NCBI RefSeq assembly: GCF_000007985.2
Contig: NC_002939.5
Location: 3,090,001 to 3,122,000, forward strand
DNA length: 32,000 bases
Source: Geobacter sulfurreducens PCA
Lineage (GTDB): Bacteria > Desulfobacterota > Desulfuromonadia > Geobacterales > Geobacteraceae
Direction of reading: 5' to 3'
Shown: positions 1-8,711 of the stretch, piece after piece
Layout of the letters: every line of letters starts with the position of its first letter
How positions within the stretch are numbered: the first letter of the stretch is position 1
Translations under genes and position numbers: made by a program
Notes under the pieces: generated by a model
Told to the model about the DNA's origin: nothing
What the model saw: the letters and a program-made list of their open reading frames with translations, nothing else
Databases searched by the model: none

Positions 1-1113
1 CTACCCAAGGGAATGACCTGGGAGAAGCTGGCCCGGATGAGCCCCGAGGAAATCCGGGACAAGAATTTGTACCCGGCAGGATTTTTCCCCCTCCCCCACC
101 CCAATCATCCGGAGGGGGGAATGCTGTTTCCCAAGTTCCATATCGATGAGATCAAAAAGCAGGAGGCGCGGGATCTGACCCGGTTCGACCTGGACTTTGA
201 CCTGCCCGATCATTTCCTGCCCGAATTCCCGGCACCGATCTACCTGACGACCCGCCCCGACCTGGGCGATGTGTCGAAAGGGAAACTGGTCACGATCAAC
301 AACTACTATGAGCTGTTCAACGGCATCCTGAACCCCAAGCAGCTGGAAGGGCTGAGACTGCTGGTGACGCCCTTCCCGCAGCAGCAATTCAACCAGACCG
401 AGGATCGGCGCTCGGAGCAGCCGAGCCGGGGCGTCACCTGCTTTGACTGCCACGCCAACGGGCACAGCAACTCCACAACCCACCTGGTCGGCGATATCAG
501 GCCCCAGGAATTCCGGCATCGCCTTGACACCCCGACCCTCAGGGGGGTGAATATCCAGCGGCTGTTCGGTTCGCAGCGGGCGCTGAAGAGCGTTGAAGAC
601 TTCACCGAGTTCGAGCAGCGGGCCGCCTATTTCGACGGTGACCCGGTCATTGCCACCAAAAAAGGGATCAATATCCTCGACCGGGGCCACCAGGTCCACG
701 CTATGGCGGAATTCATGGCCCTCTTGGACTTCCCGCCGGCCCCCAAGCTGGGCATAGACGGCAAACTGGATCCGAGAAAGGCCACCGAGTCGGAGATGCG
801 CGGACAGGAGCTGTTCTTCGGCAAGGCCAAATGCGGGGTTTGCCATCCCGCCCCGTACTATACGGACAACACCATGCACAACCTTCGCGCGGAGCGTTTC
901 TTCAAGCCCCAGATGATCAACGGCAGAATGGCTTCGGCCGATGGCCCCATCAAGACCTTCCCGCTGCGCGGCATCAAAGATTCGCCCCCCTACCTGCACG
1001 ACGGCCGTCTGCTGACCCTGGAAGATACCGTGGAGTTTTTCAATCTGCTCACCGAAACCACCCTGACCGAGCAGGAAAAGCTTGACCTGGTCGCCTTCAT
1101 GCGCCAGCTGTGA
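1..1113 (+). CDS. Di-haem cytochrome c peroxidase/MauG-family protein, 5'-partial (runs off the window)
   Basis: Frame 1 is open from base 1. The first in-window ATG (13) gives no signal peptide, although a c-type cytochrome must be exported. Two CxxCH haem motifs (CFDCH, CGVCH). CCP/MauG-family blocks TPTLRGV, LFFGKAKCGVCH and PLRGIKDSPPYLHDGR. Stop TGA at 1111-1113. Confidence 0.75.
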   Translation, partial: LPKGMTWEKLARMSPEEIRDKNLYPAGFFPLPHPNHPEGGMLFPKFHIDEIKKQEARDLTRFDLDFDLPDHFLPEFPAPIYLTTRPDLGDVSKGKLVTINNYYELFNGILNPKQLEGLRLLVTPFPQQQFNQTEDRRSEQPSRGVTCFDCHANGHSNSTTHLVGDIRPQEFRHRLDTPTLRGVNIQRLFGSQRALKSVEDFTEFEQRAAYFDGDPVIATKKGINILDRGHQVHAMAEFMALLDFPPAPKLGIDGKLDPRKATESEMRGQELFFGKAKCGVCHPAPYYTDNTMHNLRAERFFKPQMINGRMASADGPIKTFPLRGIKDSPPYLHDGRLLTLEDTVEFFNLLTETTLTEQEKLDLVAFMRQL

Positions 1114-1146
1114 GAATCGTCAGAGACAGGCAGGGGAAATACTTCA

Positions 1147-1548
1147 ATGACCGCATCGTACCGTTTTGTTCTCATGACCCTGCTGGCAGGGATGTTCGCA
1201 CTGCCCGCCGCCGGCACTGCCGCGGCGGGTAGCGCCCCCCAGTCGGCAGTGACGCCGCAGCAGAAAGAAGCGACAGAGTTCCCCGATGTCATTATCTATA
1301 CCCTGTCCACCTGCCCCCACTGCGCCGAGGCGAAGGCATACCTCGCCAAACGGGGCATCCCCTTCACAAACCGGGAAGTGGACACCGACGACGAGTATAT
1401 GGCGGAGCTGATAAAGATCTTTGACGACATGAAGGTTCCGGACGAACGTCGCGGAGTCCCGCTGTTCGTTGTCGCCGGAAAAACGCGGCTGCAGGGATTC
1501 GACAAGGCCAAGCTCGAAGAGGCGATCAATGGCGGGGCCGAAAAATGA
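1147..1548 (+). CDS. Secreted glutaredoxin-fold thiol:disulfide oxidoreductase (CPHC active site)
   Basis: 133 aa. N-terminal Sec-type signal peptide (MTASYRFVLMTLLAGMFALPAAGTAAA/GS). Glutaredoxin-like core VIIYTLSTCPHCAEAKAYLAKRGIPFTNREVD with downstream GVPLFVV. AGGGGA lies upstream of the ATG. Confidence 0.7.
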   Translation: MTASYRFVLMTLLAGMFALPAAGTAAAGSAPQSAVTPQQKEATEFPDVIIYTLSTCPHCAEAKAYLAKRGIPFTNREVDTDDEYMAELIKIFDDMKVPDERRGVPLFVVAGKTRLQGFDKAKLEEAINGGAEK

Positions 1549-1628
1549 CCATGCCCGCGGGTGAGTGGGTGAAAGACAGGGCCCGTCGCACGCAGCAACT
1601 CAATACACAACTATCGAGGAGATCATCC

Positions 1629-2666
1629 ATGAAACAATTGTCCGTGTCGCTTGCCATCCTCTGTGCAGTCGCAACCAGCGAGGCATTCGCCGCCGATGAG
1701 CTGCAGCAGCGTGCCCAGGGCCTCTTCAAGCCGGTTCCTGCCAAGGCGCCCACCCTGAAGGGCAACCCGGCATCGCCGGTTAAAGTGGAGCTCGGCAAGA
1801 TGCTCTATTTCGACCCGCGGCTGTCCGCCTCCCATCTCATCAGCTGCAATACCTGTCACAACGTGGGACTGGGCGGCGGGGACCTCCAGGCAACCTCCAC
1901 CGGCCACGGCTGGCAAAAGGGGCCCCGCAATGCACCGACGGTTCTCAACTCGGTCTTCAACACCGCCCAGTTCTGGGACGGCAGGGCCAAGGATCTGGCC
2001 GAACAGGCCAAAGGTCCGGTGCAGGCCTCGGTCGAGATGAACAACACGCCGGATCAGGTGGTTAAGACCCTGAACAGCATCCCCGACTATGTCGCCCTGT
2101 TTAAAAAGGCGTTCCCGGGCGAAAAGGACCCGGTGACCTTCGACAACATGGCAAAGGCCATCGAGGTGTTCGAGGCGACCCTGATCACCCCCGACTCCCC
2201 CTTCGACCAGTATCTCAAAGGGAAGAAAAAGGCCCTTGACGGAAAACAGACCGCCGGCCTCAAGCTTTTCCTCGACAAAGGCTGCGTCGCCTGCCATGGC
2301 GGCCTCAATCTGGGCGGTACCGGCTACTTCCCGTTCGGGGTCGTGGAAAAGCCCGCGGAGAACATCCTTCCCCTCGGCGACAAGGGAAGGTTTGCGGTCA
2401 CGAACACCGCCAAGGACGAGTACGTGTTCCGGGCGCCCTCCCTGCGCAACGTCGCCATCACCTATCCCTACTTCCATTCGGGCGTCGTCTGGAGCCTGAA
2501 GGAAGCGGTGGCCGTCATGGGTTCCGCCCAGTTCGGCATCAAGCTGAGCGATGATGAAAGCGAGGCCATTGCAGCCTTCCTCGGCAGCCTCACCGGCAAG
2601 CAACCCAAAGTCGTGTATCCGATCATGCCGGCCAGCACCGACGCAACACCGCGCCCCAGACTGTAA
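1629..2666 (+). CDS. ccpA: Di-haem cytochrome c peroxidase
   Basis: ATG at 1629 preceded by GAGGAGA. Signal peptide MKQLSVSLAILCAVATSEAFA. Haem motifs CNTCH and CVACH. Typical bacterial CCP blocks: GKMLYFDPRLS, GPRNAPTVLN, FWDGRA, FRAPSLRNV, PYFHSG. The upstream in-frame extension to 1545 lacks a ribosome-binding site (RBS) and a signal peptide. Confidence 0.9.
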   Translation: MKQLSVSLAILCAVATSEAFAADELQQRAQGLFKPVPAKAPTLKGNPASPVKVELGKMLYFDPRLSASHLISCNTCHNVGLGGGDLQATSTGHGWQKGPRNAPTVLNSVFNTAQFWDGRAKDLAEQAKGPVQASVEMNNTPDQVVKTLNSIPDYVALFKKAFPGEKDPVTFDNMAKAIEVFEATLITPDSPFDQYLKGKKKALDGKQTAGLKLFLDKGCVACHGGLNLGGTGYFPFGVVEKPAENILPLGDKGRFAVTNTAKDEYVFRAPSLRNVAITYPYFHSGVVWSLKEAVAVMGSAQFGIKLSDDESEAIAAFLGSLTGKQPKVVYPIMPASTDATPRPRL

Positions 2667-2800
2667 GCGACTCCCGTTGCGCCCCTCCTCGTGCCGAAGC
2701 GGGGCCTCATGAATGAAGCGGCCAGCGGCCCACGCTGGTGTTGCCGCATCGATTCTGGTATAGAACATATTCCAACCACTGCTGGAAAGGAGAGCTGTAC

Positions 2801-3373
2801 ATGTCACTGAAAGGCACCAAAACCGAGCAGAACCTGCTGAAGTCATTTGCCGGCGAAAGCCAGGCACGCAACCGCTACACCTACTTTGCCGCCGCCGCCC
2901 GCAAGGAAGGGTACGTGCAGATCGCCGACATCTTCGAGGAAACCGCCAACCAGGAGAAGGAGCACGCCAAGCGCTTTTTCAAGTTCCTGGAGGGGGGAGA
3001 CCTGGAAATCACCGCCTGCTTCCCCTCTGGCAAGATCGGGACCACTGCCGAAAACCTGCTGGCCGCCGCCATGGGCGAGCATGAAGAGCATTCCGACCTC
3101 TACCCGGCGTTCGCCCAGGTGGCCCAGGAAGAGGGATTTCCGGCAATCGCGGCGGTCTGGCGGGCCATTTCCGTGGCGGAAAAGCAGCACGAGAAGCGTT
3201 ATCGTGACCTGCTCGCCAATATCGAGAACAACCGGGTCTTCACCCGCGAAGGTGAAGTAGTCTGGCGCTGCCGCAACTGCGGCTACCTCCACACCGCCGC
3301 CGGAGCGCCGGAGCTGTGCCCTGCCTGCGCCCATCCCAAGGCACACTTCGAACTGCTCGGAGAAAACTGGTAA
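2801..3373 (+). CDS. rbr: Rubrerythrin
   Basis: ATG at 2801 preceded by GGAAAGGAGAG. N-terminal ferritin-like di-iron domain (GESQARNRYTYFA, EEKEHAKRF, EHEEH, EKQHEKRY). C-terminal rubredoxin-like CRNCG...CPACAHP. Confidence 0.9.
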   Translation: MSLKGTKTEQNLLKSFAGESQARNRYTYFAAAARKEGYVQIADIFEETANQEKEHAKRFFKFLEGGDLEITACFPSGKIGTTAENLLAAAMGEHEEHSDLYPAFAQVAQEEGFPAIAAVWRAISVAEKQHEKRYRDLLANIENNRVFTREGEVVWRCRNCGYLHTAAGAPELCPACAHPKAHFELLGENW

Positions 3374-3395
3374 AGCGCCGCCGGTGCAGCATCAA

Positions 3396-3429
3396 GGCGC
3401 GTCCCGGTGCGGGACGCGCCTTTTTATTT
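3396..3429 (+). terminator. Rho-independent terminator of rbr
   Basis: Perfect 11-bp stem GGCGCGTCCCG / CGGGACGCGCC with a GTG loop, followed by TTTTTATTT. Confidence 0.75.
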
Positions 3430-3529
3430 AAGGCACGGAACATGCAGTTTTCACCCCGGGATGACTGCCCGCGGCCCCGGACGCGCAATCGTCATCCAGG
3501 CTGGTTGCATTATGGTAACAAAAACTAAT

Positions 3530-3558
3530 TTGCACTGCGCATACTAAACAAATAGAAT
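3530..3558 (+). promoter_or_regulatory. Candidate sigma70 promoter for the PAS histidine kinase
   Basis: TTGCAC (3530-3535), a 17-nt spacer, then TAGAAT (3553-3558), about 50 nt upstream of the ATG at 3609. Sequence match only. Confidence 0.35.
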
Positions 3559-3608
3559 AAACATTTCTCTCGACACTCCCCCCACAAACATTGCACTCCG
3601 GTGACTGA

Positions 3609-5858
3609 ATGAGCACAGAAGCCCCGTCACGTGATATAGCCGATCTGAGCACCCTCACAGCAGTTGTGGACTGCATGCCGGCGCCGGCCCTTTTGATCGA
3701 GGACGAGCGGGTGTTCTGTAACCGTGCGACTGAAGCCCTCACCGGGTACCGGCGAGATGAACTCTCATCCCTTGACGCGTGGTTCCGCTCCCTGTTCGGC
3801 TCCGAGCACGAAAGGGCCAGGAGTCGGTTCGACGCCGACCGGGCAACCGGGTTTCCCGTTGTGCGGCGGGAAATCATAACCAGGAAGGACGGGAGCCGGC
3901 GCCTGGTAGAGGTCGCGGGGTCGATCTGCGGCAAGTTGATGTGCATCCTGCATGACATCACCGACCTCATGGACGTCCGGCTGCAGCTGCAGGAGCACGC
4001 GGAGCGCTACCGGATCATCAAGAGCACATCCATGGACGGCTTCTGGGTGGTAGACCTCCACGGCAACGTCGTGGAAGTCAACGACGCATGCTGCCACATT
4101 CTGGGATACAGCCGGGAAGAACTGCTGACCATGTCCCTTCACGACATCGACGCGACCGAAAGCGTGGAGGAGACGCAGAAACACATCCGGGACATCGTCG
4201 AACAAGGTTCCGAGCGCTTCGAAGTCCGCCACCGCCGCAAAGACGGCACCGTCATCGACGTTGAGGTCAGCACGACGTTTCAGCCCGCTTCGCGCTGCTT
4301 CCACACCTTTATCCGGGACATCAGCGAACGCAAGCAGACCGAAGAGGCCCTCCGGAAAAGCGAGGAACGCTTCCGCCTTGCCATGGAGGCAACCACCGAC
4401 GGCATCTGGGACTGGAATATCGCGGCTGATAGTGGTTACTTCAGCCCGGCCTACTACCGGATCCTGGGGTACGAGCCGGAGGACTTCTCCCCCTCTTTCC
4501 AGGTGTGGATGGAGCTCCTGCACCCGGAAGATCGGGAACGGGCCATCAGCACCAACATAGACTGTGTCGAGGGGAGAACACAGGGCTTCCAGGCAGAGTT
4601 CCGCATGAAGGCCAAGGACGGCAGTTGGCGCTGGATTCTCGGCCGGGGGTCGGCCGTGAACAGGGATCGCCGGGGAAAAGCCCTGCGCCTCATCGGCACC
4701 CATCAGGACATCACCGAACGCAAAACAGCGGAAGAGGCGCTGCGCAACCGCGAGTGGCTGCTGCGGGAGGCCCAGCGGATCGGCTGTCTCGGCACCTACG
4801 ATTACGATATCGTGCACGACAATTGGGAATGCTCCGCCGAGTTGGACCGGATCTTCGGCATACACACGGCTACCCCCAAAAACCTTGAATTCTGGCTCGA
4901 TCTGATTCACCCGGAGTTCAGGGAGAAGATGAAGGACTACTTCGCGTCGCTTCTCACCGAGCGGACATGGTTCAACATGGAGTACAAGATCATCCGCCCG
5001 TCTGACGGCCAGGAACGCTGGGTTTACGGCACGGGAGAGTTCACCCGCGACAACGAGGGCAGGCCGGTCCGCATGATCGGGACGATCCAGGACATCACCG
5101 AACGCAAGCAGACAGAGGAAACCATCGGCAAGCTCAACCGGGAACTCGACAGGCGCGTCATGGAACGAACCGGCCAATTGGAAGAAGCCATCCGGGAGCA
5201 GGAATCCTTCAGCTATTCGGTTTCCCATGATCTGCGGGCGCCGCTGCGGCACATCAACAGCTACAGCAATCTGGTTATCGAGGACTACAGCGATCAGATC
5301 CCCGTGGAGGCCCGCTACTACCTCGAACGCATCTGTACGGCAAGCGGCAAGATGGGGCAACTGATCGACGATCTGCTGGAGCTTTCGCGGGTGGGCCGGG
5401 TCGAGTTGCGTAAAGGCACCGTTAACCTGAGCAAAAATGCGGCATCGGTCGCATCGATGCTTCAGGAAACCGAGCCCTACCGCGCCGTTGATTGGGTCAT
5501 TGCCGGCGATCTTACGGCGCAGGCCGACCGGACCCTGATCCGGCAGGTGTTGCTCAACCTGATGGGCAACGCCCTGAAGTACACCGCCAAGACGTCCCGG
5601 GCGCGAATCGAGATCGGCAGCGCCGTGATCGATGGCGAGACGGTCTTCTTCGTCAGGGACAACGGCGCCGGTTTCGACATGGCTTACGTGAACAAACTGT
5701 TCCGCCCCTTCCAGCGGCTGCACGGCGGCGAGTTCCCCGGCACCGGCATCGGTCTGGCAACAGTCCAGCGGATCATCCAACGGCACGGCGGCCGGGTCTG
5801 GGCAGAGGGCAAAGTCAACGGCGGAGCAACGTTCTATTTCTCCCTGCCTGAAATCTGA
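3609..5858 (+). CDS. Cytoplasmic multi-PAS sensor histidine kinase
   Basis: 749 aa with no transmembrane (TM) segments. Repeated PAS/PAC blocks, each ending in a D(I/V)(T/S)ERK motif. HisKA H-box SHDLRAPLRHI. HATPase_c N and G boxes (NLMGNALKYT, DNGAGFD, GTGIGLA). Confidence 0.88.
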   Translation: MSTEAPSRDIADLSTLTAVVDCMPAPALLIEDERVFCNRATEALTGYRRDELSSLDAWFRSLFGSEHERARSRFDADRATGFPVVRREIITRKDGSRRLVEVAGSICGKLMCILHDITDLMDVRLQLQEHAERYRIIKSTSMDGFWVVDLHGNVVEVNDACCHILGYSREELLTMSLHDIDATESVEETQKHIRDIVEQGSERFEVRHRRKDGTVIDVEVSTTFQPASRCFHTFIRDISERKQTEEALRKSEERFRLAMEATTDGIWDWNIAADSGYFSPAYYRILGYEPEDFSPSFQVWMELLHPEDRERAISTNIDCVEGRTQGFQAEFRMKAKDGSWRWILGRGSAVNRDRRGKALRLIGTHQDITERKTAEEALRNREWLLREAQRIGCLGTYDYDIVHDNWECSAELDRIFGIHTATPKNLEFWLDLIHPEFREKMKDYFASLLTERTWFNMEYKIIRPSDGQERWVYGTGEFTRDNEGRPVRMIGTIQDITERKQTEETIGKLNRELDRRVMERTGQLEEAIREQESFSYSVSHDLRAPLRHINSYSNLVIEDYSDQIPVEARYYLERICTASGKMGQLIDDLLELSRVGRVELRKGTVNLSKNAASVASMLQETEPYRAVDWVIAGDLTAQADRTLIRQVLLNLMGNALKYTAKTSRARIEIGSAVIDGETVFFVRDNGAGFDMAYVNKLFRPFQRLHGGEFPGTGIGLATVQRIIQRHGGRVWAEGKVNGGATFYFSLPEI

Positions 5859-5884
5859 CGATCGTGCACTCCCTCCCTGCAGCG

Positions 5885-5918
5885 AAAAGGGCGTTCCCCG
5901 ATGGAGAGCGCCCTTTTT
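5885..5918. terminator. Bidirectional terminator between convergent kinase genes
   Basis: AAAAGGGCG ... CGCCCTTTTT stem with the A-tract 5' and the T-tract 3', so it reads as hairpin plus U-tract on both strands. The loop is rather large (about 15 nt). Confidence 0.5.
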
Positions 5919-5960
5919 GCTGCGGACACAGAGTTCGACTGGTACATCAAGCGGTTCACG

Positions 5961-8609
5961 TCAGTCTTGCTGAACGTTCCTGATGGTCTCCTTAAGCATG
6001 GACAGCCGGTACGGCTTCTGGATGAACCCTGCCAGCCCCTTTCCGGCAAAGCGCTGGTTGATCTCCTGCTCGTTATAGCCGCTGGACATGATTACCTTAA
6101 CGTCGGGCTTGAGCTGCCGCAGCTCCCGGAAGGTCTGTTCGCCGTCCAGATGGGGCATCGTGAGATCGAGAATGATACAGCAGATCTTTTCCTGGTGCTG
6201 CGCAAACACTTCGAGCGCCTCGCGGCCGTCCATGGCGGTCAGGACATCGAACCCGAGTTCTTTCAGCATCTCAGCACCGATGCCGATAACCGTTTCCTCG
6301 TCATCGACCAACAGGACAGTGCCGCATCCTTTCCACACCGCCTGCTTCTGCTGATCGCCATTGAACAGGTCTTTGGGTTTGTCGCCGGCCGGCAGGAGCA
6401 CCTTGAACGTCGTGCCCCGGCCGGGCTCGCTGTAGACCCGTATCGCCCCCTTGTGCCCGCGTACGATGCCCAGCACCGCAGCCATCCCCAGGCCGCGGCC
6501 GGTAAACTTGGTTGTGAAGAACGGGTCGAAGATCTTCGACACGGTCTCCCTGTCCATGCCGCAACCGGTGTCGGCAACCTCCAGCCAGACGTAGAGTCCT
6601 TCGGGGATCGACTCATTGAGCCAGGCGTTGCTTAAATACTTCCTGTCGCACTGCATGCACCCCGTGCTGATGGCGATGACGCCGCTCTTATCGGCAATCG
6701 CCTCTGAGGCATTGATAACCAGGTTCATGATGATCTGGCGGAGTTGGGTGGCATCGGCATCGACCGTGGGCAGAGAGTCGGCAAAATTGAAGCGGAGCAC
6801 GGCCTTCTTGGAAATGGAGACTTGCAGCATATGGGTCATCTCTTCGACCAGCCGGTTCAGATCGATCGGTTCGATGACGAATTTACCCTTGCCGGAATAG
6901 GCGAGCATCTGCTTGGCAAGATCGGATGCCCGGTTGGCAGCCCGTTCGATTCGCGCCAGGTTGTCGCGCACCGGTGATTCGGGATTGAGACGCATCAGTG
7001 CGAGGTCGGTATTGCCGACGATTGCCGTCAGGATGTTATTGAAGTCATGGGCGATGCCGCCGGCGAGCACGCCGAGGCTCTCCAGTTTCTGGGCATGAAG
7101 GAGCTGTTTCTCAAGGCTCTCGTGTTCTTCTTCAGCGCGCTTGCGTTCGGTGATGTCCCTGACAACAGCACAATTGAACTCATCGTTGTCGTGACGAATA
7201 TAGTTGGCAACGATCTCGACCGGAATAATGCGGCCATCTTTAGTGCGATGGCGCGACTCGAACCGGAGGGTTCCCTGCCTGCGAAGTTCCGGGAAGTGCT
7301 GCGCCCATACTTCAGGCGGGGAGTCGGGGTCTACATCGAAGACCCCACGGTTCAACAGTTCTTCGCGGGAATAGCCAAGAGTGCGGCACGCGGCCTCGTT
7401 GACATCTACAAAACGGGCGTCGGGCGTGATCCAGAAAATCGCGTCGGATACGGCATTGACGCTGGCGCGGGTTAAATGCAGCAACGCTTCGGCCTTCTTG
7501 CGGTCGGTGGTGTCCGAGGCCGCACCGTAGAGGATCAGTTCGTCCTCCGTTGCACCTTGTTCGCACTGGCAGGAATCCGTTATCCACCGGATACTCTCAT
7601 CTTTGGCTATGATCCTGAACGATATATCCCTGATATCGCCCGGCTTGAGGCTAGCAAGGGCCTCTGCCGTCGGGTGCTTATCGTCAGGGTGGACTATTGA
7701 GAGCCAGCAACCGCGCGCGAACATCTCCTCGCTGCTGTAGCCGGAGATTGCATTCAATGCACCGCCGATCCACTTGATTCGATATGGCTCCTTCCCCTTG
7801 CGCGAGCACTTGTGGACATAGTCCGATGTGAGGGTGGTGAAGTGGCGATAGTTCTCTTCGCTTTCCGCAAGTGCTTCGGTGCTTTGCCTGACGCGTTGAC
7901 GCAGCCTCGTGTTGAAGAAAAAGAGGCCGGCGAGGATCACTGCCGCCGTCAATGAGGCGGTCGTGGCAACGAATGCCGCTGTAAATTCATCGTCCAGAGG
8001 GATGCGGATCGATTCGATCGCACGAATTGTCCCGGCCGACTCATTGAAACCGCCCTGGCCGGAATAGATCTGCTGCAGCCCGATTGGCGAATCAGCGCGA
8101 TTGCCGTGGCAGCGCAGGCACGCCTGATTGGTTTCGAGAAACGGTTTGGCGTAGAGAAGGTACTTTTTCCCGTCAATGGTCCTGATCTCGGAATGGGATT
8201 TGAGGTCGCGCCGGGTATTGAATAGCCCGAGGAGATAGGCCTCCCGCTCGTCCGCAATGTTCACCGGGTTCCTTGGATTTTGCGAAGCCATTTTGTAGTA
8301 CACCAGCGGGAGCCCCTCCTTTTCCCGCTCCTTGTTGAAGAGGCCGTGCATGACTCTGGTCATGTAGGATGAAGAGAGGAGTTGCGGCGCATAGAAATCA
8401 CGGGCAATCTTGCCCTCATCCTTGGCCTTGTAGTAGGTGGGATGCATCACCTGCTGGATGTACGCATGGAATGATCGATGAGAGAGGATAATGCTCTTGA
8501 GGTTCTCCTCCGCCTTGTGTACGACGTACCTGGTAACGGCGAAGTAGGTGACAACCCCGATTGTGACTGTCAGGGCCGCAGCAGACAGCAGTTGCCGGAT
8601 CAATTTCAT
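5961..8609 (-). CDS. Hybrid sensor histidine kinase/response regulator with periplasmic c-type haem (CxxCH) sensor domain
   Basis: Start moved to ATG 8609 (MKLIRQLL), preceded by GGAGGGA. Domain order: TM, about 180-aa periplasmic domain with CLRCH (8106-8120), TM, two PAS domains, HisKA (HDFNNIL), HATPase_c, C-terminal REC (LLVDDE...ILDLTMPHLDG). Confidence 0.85.
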   Translation of the reverse strand: MKLIRQLLSAAALTVTIGVVTYFAVTRYVVHKAEENLKSIILSHRSFHAYIQQVMHPTYYKAKDEGKIARDFYAPQLLSSSYMTRVMHGLFNKEREKEGLPLVYYKMASQNPRNPVNIADEREAYLLGLFNTRRDLKSHSEIRTIDGKKYLLYAKPFLETNQACLRCHGNRADSPIGLQQIYSGQGGFNESAGTIRAIESIRIPLDDEFTAAFVATTASLTAAVILAGLFFFNTRLRQRVRQSTEALAESEENYRHFTTLTSDYVHKCSRKGKEPYRIKWIGGALNAISGYSSEEMFARGCWLSIVHPDDKHPTAEALASLKPGDIRDISFRIIAKDESIRWITDSCQCEQGATEDELILYGAASDTTDRKKAEALLHLTRASVNAVSDAIFWITPDARFVDVNEAACRTLGYSREELLNRGVFDVDPDSPPEVWAQHFPELRRQGTLRFESRHRTKDGRIIPVEIVANYIRHDNDEFNCAVVRDITERKRAEEEHESLEKQLLHAQKLESLGVLAGGIAHDFNNILTAIVGNTDLALMRLNPESPVRDNLARIERAANRASDLAKQMLAYSGKGKFVIEPIDLNRLVEEMTHMLQVSISKKAVLRFNFADSLPTVDADATQLRQIIMNLVINASEAIADKSGVIAISTGCMQCDRKYLSNAWLNESIPEGLYVWLEVADTGCGMDRETVSKIFDPFFTTKFTGRGLGMAAVLGIVRGHKGAIRVYSEPGRGTTFKVLLPAGDKPKDLFNGDQQKQAVWKGCGTVLLVDDEETVIGIGAEMLKELGFDVLTAMDGREALEVFAQHQEKICCIILDLTMPHLDGEQTFRELRQLKPDVKVIMSSGYNEQEINQRFAGKGLAGFIQKPYRLSMLKETIRNVQQD

Positions 8610-8711
8610 TATCCCTCCACAATCTGCCTGTTCGGGTCTTTCGGGCACTGCATTGGAGCTTTGGTTCAGGCCGAAAGGCAACTGAATTCTACACCTAAAC
8701 CGCAGACATGG

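Noticed and set aside
3765-5786. Very long antisense ORFs: 673 aa opposite the PAS kinase. Similar cases at 1-999(-), 1623-2867(-), 10875-11714(+), 12275-13909(+), 13797-15038(+), 16005-17231(-) and 16966-17790(-).
   Set aside because: These are the usual stop-codon-poor antisense frames of high-GC DNA. Their translations are Arg/Gly/Ala/Pro-rich with no recognisable motifs. The opposite strand encodes proteins with unambiguous family signatures.
8610-8681. Upstream start (ATG 8681) for the hybrid kinase.
   Set aside because: The ATG at 8609 is preceded by GGAGGGA at ideal spacing and begins the N-terminal TM helix. The extra 24 residues have no RBS or functional signature.
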